The notes beneath the pieces were generated by a model that worked only from the letters and a program-made list of their open reading frames with translations, was not told the origin of the DNA and made no database searches. The translations under genes and the position numbers were made by a program. Positions 30,561 through 43,549 of a stretch of 64,000 nucleotides of DNA are shown piece by piece (the first letter of the stretch is position 1; each line of letters begins with the position of its first letter). Location: assembly GCF_009914755.1 (NCBI RefSeq), contig NC_060931.1, one strand, 5' to 3'. The DNA comes from the human T2T-CHM13v2.0 reference genome, Homo sapiens.

Positions 30561-31272
30561 TCATTTACAAACAAAAATACGTTCATGAGAGCTCCAGAAT
30601 CCAGGTGATCCAGGTGAGAGGATTCTTTACCCAATTAGAGTACAGAAATGATAAAAGATATTGAAGAGGGTAAGAAAAACAGTTTTGCTCACACAATTCC
30701 CCCCTCTCAAAAACTCACATAACGCAGTGTCAAAAAAGAAAAAAAAAAGATAACTCTCAGTCCATGAGTTTGTCCGTGAAAGAAAGTGGCAGCAAAGTAA
30801 GCATCTGACTTCTCTGCAGATTCTGAAATGAGGGCCACCTTCAGATCTAGACACCAGGCCTGCACCCATGTACCTGACTATAGGCCCACCTGAATAAATT
30901 GGCAATAGACCCAGTGTCCCATAGACTCCTCCAGCCAGCTTACCCAGACAATCTGGCTAACCTGACTGGTAAAAAAGGTTTCCCTGCTGAAGCCAGTCTG
31001 TAAAGGATGTAAGAGTTAATTACTTCTTCAAATGCATAAATACCAGTGCAAGATAAAGAGTCATAAAGAATGAAGGAGGCATGATGCTACCAAAAAAAAA
31101 AAAAAAAAAAAAAAATGAAGCTGCTGTTACTGACCCTAAAAAAAATGGAAATCAAAAAACTGTCAAAAAAGAATTCAAAATAATTGCTTGAAGATAATCA
31201 GTGAGCTACAAGATGACAGAAAGCAATGAACAAAATATAATCAGAAAACAATACATGAACAAAATACAAAGT

Positions 31273-32902
31273 TTATTTTTTTATTTTTATTTGTATTTTC
31301 TTAATTTAATTTAATTTTATGTTCCAGGATATATGTGCAGGATATTCAGGTTTGTTACATAGATGAATGTGTGCCATTCTGGTTTGCTACACAATTGACC
31401 CATCACCCAGATTTTAAGTCCCACATGCATTAACTATTTATCCTGATGTAGTCCCTCCACCTGCCACCTACAACAGGCCACAGTGTGTGTTGTTCCCCTC
31501 CCTATGCCCATGTGTTCTTATTGTTCAGTTCCCACATGTAAGTGAGAGCATGCAGTGTTTGGTTTTCTGTTCTTGTGTTAGTTTGCTGAGAATAATGGCT
31601 TCCAGCTTCATCCATGTCCCTACAAAGGACAAGATCTCATTCCTTTTTATGGTTGTATAGTATTCCATGGTATATATGATACCACATTTTCTTTATCCAG
31701 TCTATGATTGGTGGGCATTTGGGTTGATTCCATGTTTTTGCTATTGTGAATAGTGCTGCAACGAATGTACATTTGTATGTATCTTTATAATAGAATGATT
31801 TATATTCCTTTGGGTATACACCCAGTAATGAGCTCGCTTGGTTAAATGGTATTTCTGGTTCTAGGTCTTTGAAGAATTACCACACTGTATTCCACAATGG
31901 TTGAACTAATTTACATTCCCACCAACAGTGTAAAAGCATTCCTATCTCTCCACACCCTTGCCAGCACCTGTTATTTCTTGAATTTTCAATAATTGTTATT
32001 CTGACTGGCATGAGATGGTGTCTCGTTGTGGTTTTGATTTGCATTTGTCTAATAATCAGTGATGTTGAGCTTTTTTTCATGTTTGTTGGTCACATAAATA
32101 TCTTCTTTTGAAAAGTGTCTGTTCATGTCCTTCATCTACTTTTTAATGGGGCTGTTTTTTCTTGTAAATTTGTTCAAGTTTCTTGTAGATTCTGGATGCT
32201 AGACCTTCATCACATGGATAGATTGCAAAAATTTTTTCCCATTCTGTAGATTGTCTGTTCACCCTGATAATAGTTTCTTTTGCTGTGCAGAATCTCTTTA
32301 GTTTAATTAGATCCCATTTGACAATTTTTGCTTTTGTTGTAATTGCTTTTGACGTTTTCATTATAAAATCTTTGCCCATGCCTATGTCATGAATGGTATT
32401 GCCTAGGTTTTCCTTCAGGGTTTTTAGAATTTGGGGTTTTACATTTAAGTCTTTAATCCATCTTGAATTAATTTTTGTATAAGCTGTAAGGAAAGAGTCT
32501 AGTTTTAATTTTCTACAAATGGCTATCCAGTTTTCCCAGAACCATTTATTAAATAAGGAATCTTTCCCCATTGCTTGCTTTTGTCAGGTTTGTCAAAGAT
32601 CAGATTATTGTAGATGTGTGGTTCTATTTCTGAGATCTCTATACTGTTTCATTGGTCTATGTGCCCATTTTGGTACTAGTACCATGCTGTTTTGGTTACT
32701 CTAGCCTTGTAGTGTAGTTTGAAGTTGAGTAGCTTGATGCTTCCAGCTTTGTTCTTTTTGCTTAGGATTGTTTTGGCAATATGGGCTCTTTTTGGTTTCC
32801 ATGTGAATTTTAAAGTAGTTTTTTCTAGTTCCATAAAGAATGTCAATGGTAGTTTAATGGGAATAGCATTGAATCTATAAGCTACTTTGGGCAACATGGC
32901 TA
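31273..32902 (-). mobile_element. 5'-truncated L1PA (PA8-like)
   Basis: Antisense 3'UTR plus ORF2 C-terminal ORFs 31877-32080, 32143-32571 ([14 protein letters not shown]) and 32676-32897. Confidence 0.95.
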
Positions 32903-33709
32903 CTAAATGTGAAATTTAATACAGGGGTAGGACCAAGCAAAAATTCTAGAGCCAAAGAATATGATTATTGAACTAAAAAAAATCGTTGAGTGTTCAACAA
33001 CCAATCCAATCAAATAGAAGAAATAACTGGTAAGCTAGAATACAGGTCATTTGGTATTACCCAGTAAAAGGAACAAAAATTAAAATGAAAAACAGTAAAG
33101 AAAGCCAATGAGACTTATGGAAAACCATCAAATGAACTAATCAATATATGCATGATTGAAGTCTAAGAAGGGAGGAAACAGAAAGAGGAAGAAAGCTTAT
33201 TTTAAAAAATAACTCAAACATCCAGAGAGGGAAATGAACATACAGATTCAAAGATCCCAAAGTATCCCCAAATAATCTGATTACAAATAAATTCACAGCA
33301 AAGCAAAAATTATAATCTTATTTTCCAGTCTAAGACAGAGAATTTAAAAGTAGCATGAGAAAACTGACTCATTACATAAAAGATAATTTACCTAAACCTA
33401 AAAGTGAATTTCTCAGCAGAAACCTTGCAACCCAGAGAATGACATATTCAAATTGGTGAAAGAACAACAAAAAATGCCATACAAGAAAACTTTACCCAGC
33501 AAAACTGTCCTTTAAAAATAAAGAAGAAATCAATACTTTCTAGACAAAAACAAAGACAGTTCGTCACCATTGTATCAGCCTTACAAAGAGTGCTGAAGTG
33601 AGATCTTCAAGTTGAAACAAAAGGATACTGTACAGCAACACAAAAGCATATTGGAGTATAAGTATCATTGGTCAAGGTAATTATATACATAAATACAGAA
33701 ACTATAATA

Positions 33710-34290
33710 ACACAACATTTTAAGAACATTATAACAATATAACATTATAACAATATAACATTGTTATAACGATATAACATTGTTATATCGATATAACATT
33801 ATAACAATAGAACATCGTTGTAACGATATAACATTATAACAATAGAACATCGTTGTAACGATATAACATTATAACAATAGAACATCGTTGTAACGATATA
33901 ACATTATAACAATAGAACACCGTTGTAACGATATAACATTATAACAATAGAACACCGTTGTAACGATATAACATTATAACAATAGAACATCGTTGTAACG
34001 ATATAACATTATAACAATAGAACATCGTTGTAACGATATAACATTATAACAATAGAACATCGTTGTAACGATATAACATTATAACAATAGAACATCGTTG
34101 TAACGATATAACATTATAACAATAGAACATCGTTGTAACGATATTACATTATAACAATAGAACATTGTTGTAACGATATAACATTATAAAAATAGAACAT
34201 TGTTGTAACGATATAACATTATAACAATAGAACATTGTTATAAAAACATAACATTATAACAATAGAACATTGTTATAACAATAGAACATT
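33710..34290. repeat. 35-bp minisatellite (VNTR), 12 full units 33796-34215 plus degenerate flanks
   Basis: Unit ACATTATAACAATAGAACATCGTTGTAACGATATA recurs every 35 bp (33796, 33831, 33866 ... 34181). Confidence 0.98.
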
Positions 34291-36243
34291 GGTGTATAAT
34301 ATAAGACAGTGGTGCATAAATCACTTTTAACCCAAATATTAGTTTTAGTAGACATAGTATTAAGAACAGATACAACCACAACAAACGATGTAAAAAGAAG
34401 TAAATTCTGACATCGATAATACCAAGTGGATGCTTCGAGAATGAAACTGGAGAGTTTTTGTGTGTGATTAAAGTCAAGTTGTTAGCAGTTCAAAATAGAC
34501 TGCTCTAATAATAAGAAGTAAGCAAGCCTCATGGTAACTGTACACAAAAAGAAAATGTATAGCAGACACAAAAAAAGATTAAGATAAAAGAATCAAAATA
34601 TATTACTCCAAAAAATTATCAAATCACAAAAGAAGACAGCAAGAGGGAACAAAGAACTGCAAAACAAACAGAAAAAAACAAGATGATAATAGCAAATCCT
34701 TATCTATAAATGATTAGTTTAAATGTAAATGGATTAAACTCATTGAATAAAGAACATAAATTAGAAGAACAGATAAAAACAAAACAAAACAACATTCAAC
34801 TATCTACTGCCTGCAAGACACCCACTTTAGATTTTGAGATACATATAAGCTAAAAAATGTAATGATGATGAAAGACATTCCTAGAAAATGGCAACCAAAA
34901 AAGGGGGTGGCTGGACTTTTATCAGATAAATTAGACTTTAAGTCAAAAACTGTCACAAGAGGCAAATAATGTCATGACATAATGGTAAAAAAGTAACTTC
35001 CATACAAATATATAACAATTATAGATATAAATGCATCCAATATCTGAAGGAAGAAATAGCATTACAACAGTAGGAGACTTCAATATCACATTTATAATAA
35101 TGAGCAGATCAACCAGACATAAAATCAATAGGGAAATACCAGACTTGAACAACATTGTGGACCAAATGGACCTCACAATCATATACAGACCATTTCACCC
35201 AACAGCAGCTAAATACACATCTTTCGCAAGTTCACATGGAACATTCTCTAGAATAAATAATATGTGAGATCACAAAATAAATTCTAACAAATTAAAAAAG
35301 TCACTGACTATCCTTTCTAACAACTGTAATATAAAACCACAAATCAGTAACAAAAGGAAAATTGAAAAAATTACAAATGCATAAATACAACAAAGTATTG
35401 AACAGCCATTGGGTCAAAGAAAATATCAAAAGAGAAATTAAAACTATATCAAGATAAATGAAAATAAAAATACAACATAGCAAATTTTGTGAGATGCAGT
35501 AAAAGCAATTTTAAGAGGAAAGTTTATAGTAATAAATGCCTACATTGCATATACAACCTAACATTACATCTCAAAGAACTAGAAAAAGAACAAGAATAAC
35601 AAATCAAGCCCAGATATAGCAGAAGGAAGGAAATAATAAAGATTGCAGCATAAATAAACAAAATAGACACTAGGAAAACAATAGAAAATACTGAACAAAA
35701 ATTCATTGTTATTTGAAAAAATAAACAAAAATGACAAATAGTTTGCTAGACTAAAAGAAGACAGAAGATACAAATAAAATCAGAAATGAAGAAAAATATT
35801 ATAACCAATGCCATATATAAAGCAGATCACAGAGAATATTATGAAAAATTTTACATTAAAAATTGTACAAAATTGTTAAAAACATACAACCTACCAAGAC
35901 TGAATCAATGAAAAATAGGAAGCTTAAATAGATCAATTAGAAATTAAAAAAAACTGAATTGGTAATTAATACCTTTCCAAAGAGAAAAAGCCCAGGGCCA
36001 GATGGCTTCACAGATGACTTCTGCCAAACCCTTACAGAAGAATGAATGCCAATACGTCTCAAATTCTTTAAAAAATAGAATAGGTAATTTTCTCAACTGT
36101 TTTTATGAGGTCTGCATTACTCTGATACAAACACTAGAAAAAGACACTATAAGAAAAGAAAACTGTAGACCAAAATGCCTGAGGAATATGGTTGCAAGTA
36201 TCCTCCACAATATTAGAAAAGCAAATTCAACCACATAGTAAAG

Positions 36244-36374
36244 CCCATTTATGCCTAGTGTTCCCTTTATTGGAACACTAAGCATGTGCGAGTTATTTAT
36301 ATCCTACTGCTCAAGGTCATAGCCAAGGTCTGATTGCAAAAATTCAAAAAATTGCAACCTCAGGCATAAATCGA
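36244..36374 (+). mobile_element. MER85 (non-autonomous piggyBac/PGBD3-derived MITE)
   Basis: CCCATTTATGCCTAGTGTTCC-TTTATTGGAACACTAAGCATGTG...TTGCAACCTCAGGCATAAAT followed by TTAA. Interrupts L1 ORF2. Confidence 0.93.
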
Positions 36375-38456
36375 TTAAAAGCATCATACACCATGACCAA
36401 GTGAAACTTATCCCTGTGCTATAAAGATGGTTTATCACATGCAAATTTATCAATGATACACCAAATTAAAAGATTGATGGATAAAAATCAAATGGCCATC
36501 TCAATAGATGCAGAAAAAAGCATTTAATTCAACACCCTTTCGTGATAAAAATTCTCAACAAAATAGGTATAGAAGGAACTTGTCTCAACAAAATAAAGGC
36601 CATTTGTGAAAAGCAGACCTCTCACATCACACTCGGCAATGCAAAAATGAAAAATTTTCCACTAAAGTCTGGGATCTTAGCAAGGCAAGGATGCCCACTT
36701 TCACAACTTCTAATCAACAAAGTACAGGAAACTAGAGCAATGAGGCAAAAAATAAATAAAAGGTATAAAATAAGAAAGGAAAAAGTGAAATTTTCTTAGT
36801 TTACAGATGACATAATCTTACATGCAGAAAACCCTATAGATTACACATACAACCAGATAGAACTAATACACAAATTCAGCAGTTGTATAAAAGGATCAAC
36901 ATACAAAAATCAGTTGTGTTTTTATACATTAATAATGAATTATCCAATAAGAAATTAATAAAATAATTTCATCCACAATAACATCAAAAAGAATAAAATA
37001 TCTAGAAAAATTTTAAGCGAAGGTGATAAAAGACTTGTATATCGAAAACTAAAAATCACTGATTAAAAAAATTAAAGCAGACACAGGTAAGTGGAAAGAC
37101 ATCCCACATTCATGGACTGGAAAAATTAATATTGCTAAAATGTCCATACTATTAAAAGTGATCTGCAAATTTAATGTAATCTCTACCAAAAGTCTCAGTG
37201 GCATTTTTGTCAAAAATTTTTTTAAAATCATGAAATTCATATCGAATCACAAAGACACCAAACAGCCAAAGCAGTATTGAGTAAGAACAAAGCTGGAGAC
37301 ATCACATTCTTGATTTCAAATTATATTACAAAGCTAAAGTAATTAAAACAATACAGCACTGGCATAAAAACAGACATATAGACTAACACAACAGAATAGA
37401 AAGCCCCAAAATAAACCCACTTATAGGTAATTAACTGATCTTTGACCAAAATGCCAAGAATATGCAATGAGGAAAGGATAGTCTCTTCAATAAATAGTGT
37501 TGGGAAAACTAGATATCCACATGCAAAAGAAGGCTATTTGACCCTCATTTTTATCCCATTAGTAAAAATAAACTCAAAATGAATTAGACATTTAAAGCAT
37601 AAGATCTGAAACTGTAAAAGTCCTAGAGAAAAAAAAAAACAGATAAAATCTTTACAACATTGGGCTTGGCAATGATTTTGCCCATGACACCAAATCATAG
37701 GCAACAGAAATACAAAGTTATAAGTGGGATTACATTAAAGTAAAAAACCTCTGCTCCAAAGGGTGCAATCAACAAAATAAAAAGGCAACCTACAGAATGG
37801 GATAAAATATTTGGAAAAAATCTAACTGACAAAGTATTAACATCCATAATTTATAAGGAACTCCTACAAATTAATAGCAAAACAAAACAAATTACTAAAA
37901 ATGAGCAAAAGAACTGAACAGACATTTCTCCAGATATATGAATTGTCAATGGTTATATTAAAAGGTGCTCAACATGACAAATAAGCAAGGAAATATAAAT
38001 CAAGATCGAATTGAGATACCACCTCACACCTGTTAGAATGTCTGTTACAAAAAATAAAGTAACATGTTGGCAAGAATGTAGAGAAAGAAGGACCCATGTA
38101 CACTGTTGGTGGGAATGTAAGTTGGCACAGCTAGTACAGAAAACAGTATGGAGGTCTCTCAGAAAATTAAAAATATAATTACTGTATGTTTTGTCAATCT
38201 CACATCTGGGTACATATCCAAAGGAATTGAAATCAGAATCTTTAAGAGATATCTGCACTCACATGAACACTGCAGTATTATTTACAATAGTTAAGACATG
38301 AAAGGCACATAAATGTCCACTGATGAATGAATAAATAAATGTGGTCTATATATATGCAATGGGATATTCAGCCATTAAAAAGAAGGAAATCCCTTCATTG
38401 GTGACAGCATGAATGAATCTCAAGGACATCGTACTAAGTGAAACAAGCCAGACGCA

Positions 38457-38628
38457 GAAGCAGAAGGAGATGGGAAGGAATTTAGGAAGGCTTTCAGACT
38501 TCTTGGATTTTACAGGATGAGATCATAATGTTATTCACCTGTGAATGTGTACTATTTCTCAAGACAATAAATGTTTGAAGCCTCCCAGTCTGTGGTACTT
38601 TGCTGTGGCAGTCGTTAAAAACTCATAT
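38457..38628 (+). mobile_element. Deleted MaLR remnant (MLT1A-type internal piece fused to an LTR 3' end)
   Basis: 38457-38566 aligns by eye to 41330-41439, followed by AATAAATGTTTGAAGCCTCCCAGTCTGTGGTACTTTG. Confidence 0.75.
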
Positions 38629-38687
38629 TGTACCCATTCTAAATCACAAAAGGAATAAATTTTTTTTTTTTTAAATGAAGAGTGATC

Positions 38688-38982
38688 AGCCAGGCGTGGT
38701 GGCTCATGCCTATAATCCCAGGACTTTGGGAGCATGAGGCTGGTGGGTAATTTGAGGTCAGGAGTTCGAGACCAGCCCGGCCAACATAGTGAAACCCCAT
38801 CTCTACTAAAATTACAAAAATTATCCTGGTGTGGTGGCACATGCCTGTAATCCCAGCTACTCTGGAGGCTGAAGCAGGAGAATCAGTTGAACATGGGAGG
38901 AAGAGGTTGCAGTGAGAAGAGATTGTACCATTGTACACCAGCCTGAGTGACAGAAGGAAACTGTCTAAAAAAAAAAAAAAAA
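38688..38982 (+). mobile_element. AluS-type
   Basis: Full Alu. TSD GAAGAGTGATCA / GAAGAGTGATTCA. Confidence 0.96.
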
Positions 38983-39130
38983 GAAGAGTGATTCAGGGAC
39001 CTCTGGGCCAACAACAAACAGATAACATTAATGCCATCAGAGTTTCAGATTTAAAGGGGGCAGAAGGCAATTCTGAAAAAAATGTTTGAAGAAAAAATGG
39101 CAGAACAGTCTCAAGCTTGGCAAATGTCAT

Positions 39131-42100
39131 TGCTATGAACTGAATGTTTATGCCCCCCATGGCAATTTGGTGATATGTGGGGCCTGTAGGAGATGATTAT
39201 GCCTTGAGAGTAGAGCTCACCTGATGGGATCAGTATCCTTACATAAAGAGACCAGAGAAAGCTTACTTGCTCTTTCTCCACTCTTCACCATGTGAGAATA
39301 CAATGAGAACACAAACATCTGCAAATAAGAAAAGGTGCCCTCAGCAGTTACCATGTATGTCAGCACCTTGATATTGGACTTCCTAGCCTCCAGAATTGTG
39401 AGAAATAAGTGATCGTTGTTTAAGCCACACAGTCTATGGTATATTTGTTATAGCAGTCCAAACTGACAAAAACAGAAATTGGTACTGTGAGTGGGAGTGC
39501 TAGTAAAACAAATACTTGAAAATGTGCAAGCAGTTTTGGAACTGGGTAGTGGGTAGGGTAGAGGCTGGAAGAGTTTTAAAGTTCATGTTAAAGGAAGCTG
39601 AGATTATCACGAAGGATATTTAAAGGTGAACTTAGGGAGAACTCAAAAAAGAAAAAGTGTAGCTGTCAAGAAAGCATCTGTCTTTTTTGAGAATCCATAA
39701 CTAATAATGTACTGAATATTGGTAGAAATATAGACAGTACAGGCCATTTTGACAGGATCTGAGAAAGAAATGAGAAATATGTCATTGGACAGTGGAGAAA
39801 AAGATGATCCTTGTAATGTGGTAATAAATTTGTCTTACTTGTGTTTGTGGTCTACTGTGTTGTGGGAGAACTTGCAAGCAATGAAATTAGACATTTAGCT
39901 GAGAAGATTTCCAATTAAACTGTTGAAGGAGTATTTGGTTCCTGCTGACTGCTTATAGTAAATGCAAGAGGAGATAAGTGACTTGAAGATGGAATTATTA
40001 AACAAAAAGGAACTGGAATGTAAAAATTTGGGAAATTCTCAGTATATCTTTTTTATTTTCACTTTAAGTTCCGGGATACATACACAGAACGTACAGGTGT
40101 GATACACAGGTATACATGTGTCATGATGGTTTGCTGCACGTATCAACCCATCACCTAGGTTTTAAGCCTCGCATACATTAGCAATCTGTCCTGATGCTCT
40201 CCCTCCCCTTCCACCCCTAACAGGCCCCCTTGTGTGTTGTTCCCCTCCCTGTGTCCAAGTGTTCTCGTTGTTCAACTCAACACTTATGAGTGAGAACATG
40301 CAGTGTTTGGTTTTCTATTCCCATGTTAATTTGCTAAGGATGATGGCTTCCAGTTTCATTCATGTCCCTGCAAATGACATGATCTCATTCCTTTTTGTGG
40401 CTGCATAGTATTCCATGGTATATGTGTAACACATTTTCTTTATCCAGTCTATCATTGATGGGCATTTGGGTTGATTCCATGTCTTTGCTATTGTGAATAG
40501 TGCCACAATAAACGTATGTATGCATGTATCTTTATAACAGACTGATTTATATTCCTTTGGGTATATACTCAGTAATGGATTACTAGGTCAAATGGTATTT
40601 TTGGTTCTAGATCCTTGAGGAATTGCCACAGTGTCTTTCACAATGGTTGAACTAATTTACATTCCCACCAACTATGTAAAAGCATTCCTTTTTAAAAATT
40701 AACTCAAGATGAATTAAAGACTTCAATGTAAAACCCAAAACCATCAAAATCCTAGAAGAAAACCTAGACAATACCATTCAGGACATAGGCATGGGCAAAG
40801 ATTTTATGATGAAATCACCAAAAGCAATTGCATCAAAAGCTAAATTTCACAAATGCGATCTAATTAAACTAAAGAGCTTCTGCACAAAAAAAGAAACTAT
40901 CGTCAGAGTGAACAGCCAACCTACAGAATGGGAGAAAAATTTTGCTATCTATCCATCTGGCACAGGTGTAATATCCAGAATTTATGGGTAACTTAAAAAA
41001 CTCATAAGAAAAAAACCAAAGAACTCCATCAAAAAGTTGGCAAAGGAATATGAACAGACACTTCTCAAAAGAAGACATTTATGCAGCCAACACACATACG
41101 ATAAAAAGCTCAACATCTTTGATCATTAAAGAAATGCAAATCAAAACCACAATGAGATCATCTCATGCCAGTAAGAATGGCAATTATTAAAACTCAGAAT
41201 TATTTTTCAAATAATATGTTCAGAAGAGAACACTAAGGGTTTGGCAAAGCAACAGTTTGATAAGATAGATTGTATAGGTGTGAATCACAAACTTAAATCA
41301 GACACCTCATCAACTGCCAGTTTGAACTGAAGCAGAAGGAGATGGGAAAGAATTAAGGAATGCTCTCAGACTTCTTGAATTTTACAGGATGGGACCATAG
41401 AGCTTTTCATCTTTGAACGTGTACTGTTCTCCAAGACAAGGGAAGCATGGCTGCTAAGAAGATTCAGAGATCATTAGAGGTGCTGCCTCTGTTTCAGAGG
41501 GGCCACCGTTACCTTGCTTTTTAATAAGCCAGATGCTTTCAGCAGGCCAGATAGACACCACTCAGAGTTTTGGGGGTGCAACCCCTTCCCAGCCCCAGTG
41601 GGTGCAGGTGGGACCACCACCCCAGTAGGTCCTGGGGGTGGTACTTTTGTCCCCACTGGTTTTGAAAGGCAGAGATTCAAGCCAAGGAGGATTATTTTCA
41701 TAGCCTAAGATCTAATGGGATTTTACTTACTAGGTTTCGGGCTTGCTTGGGACCCATCACCAACTTCTTCCTTTCTTCCTTTTTACTTTTCCCTTTTAGA
41801 ATAAAGATGCCTGTCCTATACTTGTCTTACCATTGTATTTTGGAAGCACATAGATGTTTCAGTTGCACAAGTTTGCAGCCCAAGAGATATTTTGTCTCAG
41901 AACAAATTGTACCTTGAATCTCGCCCTTATCTGATTTAGATGATATTTAGATGAAACTTTGGACATTAGACTTCAGAGTTGGTGCTGCAATTAGTTATTA
42001 GTATTGGGTTTGTTGGGATAGAATGAATGTACTGTGCATGTAAAAGGACATGAACTTTCGGGGTCTTGGTGCAGAATGTTATGGACTGAATATTTGCATT

Positions 42101-42402
42101 CCTTCAAAATGCATATGTTGACACCAAATCACCAATGTGATGGTATTAGGAAGTGGGGCCTTTGAGCAGTAGTTAGGTCATGAGGATGGAGCTTCCTCTC
42201 TGTTCTCCACCATGTGAGAATACAGATGGCTGAGAAAACAGCCATCAGCTGTCAGAAAACCAGAAAGAATGCCCTCAGCAGACACTAGATCTGCCAGCAA
42301 CTTAATATTGGATTTCCCAGCCTCCTGGGAAGATAAATGTATATACTTTAAGCCACCCATCCTGTAAGATATTTGTTATAGAAGGCTGAAATGACTGAAA
42401 CA
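39131..42402 (+). mobile_element. MLT1A-type MaLR element: 5' LTR 39131-39474, internal region, 3' LTR 42077-42402
   Basis: Two homologous TG...CA LTRs; the internal part starts GAAATTGGTAC. Split by L1PA at 40048-41192. Confidence 0.9.
40048..41192 (-). mobile_element. L1PA (PA7-like), 5'-truncated with 5' inversion
   Basis: Antisense 3'UTR 40048-40690 joined to sense ORF2 piece 40693-41192 ([14 protein letters not shown]...). Confidence 0.93.
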
Positions 42403-43167
42403 GATGTAAACCTACCTATTCAAGAGCAGAATGAACCACCAACAGGAACCATGCACAGGAACCTAGCAATCAACCTGTTGGAAACTCAAGAAAAATAAAA
42501 ATTTTGAGAGCAGTTGGATAAACAAGGCACATTTTCTGTACGAAACAATTCAAACTATTTCAAATTTCTAATCAGAAATCATGGAGGCTAGAAGGATGGC
42601 ACAATATTATTAAATTGTTGGAAGGGAAGAACTGACAGCCCAGAATTATATAGTCAGTGAAAACATCATTCAACAATGAAAGTAAAATAAAGAAATTCTC
42701 AGATGAAGGAAAACAAAGCGGGTTTGTAGCCAGCTGATGTATTCTGAAAGATTTTCCAAAGGAATCTTTTCTGGCAGAAGGAAAAGTTACCAGAAGGAAA
42801 CTTGTAACATCCAAAGTCATAAAAACGAGAAACAGAAATAGTAAAATTGGTTACTTATAATAGATATTCTCGTTCTATTTAGTTCTTTAAAATAAGTTTG
42901 TCAGTAGAAAGCAAAATTCATCAAATTTTCTTAGTTTTCAGTGTATGTGGATAACATATATGTAATATATAAATATATATTTCATTTGAAGATGAAAGAG
43001 GGAAGAGGTCTCTGAGGTAAGGTTTCTACATTCCAATTTGAAGTGGTAAAATATTGATTCTAGGTAGAACGTGAAGGTTAGTTATATGTTTTTAATCTCT
43101 AGATCAACTCCTTCAGAAAAACTTTTGGAAGAGACATAGCCAAAGTTGCAATTAATAAATTAAAATG

Positions 43168-43545
<378 letters not shown>

Positions 43546-43549
43546 AAAT

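Noticed and set aside
33710-34290. CRISPR-like array (35-bp palindromic repeats)
   Set aside because: Units are head-to-tail with no unique spacers, there are no cas genes, and the context is primate. It is a minisatellite.
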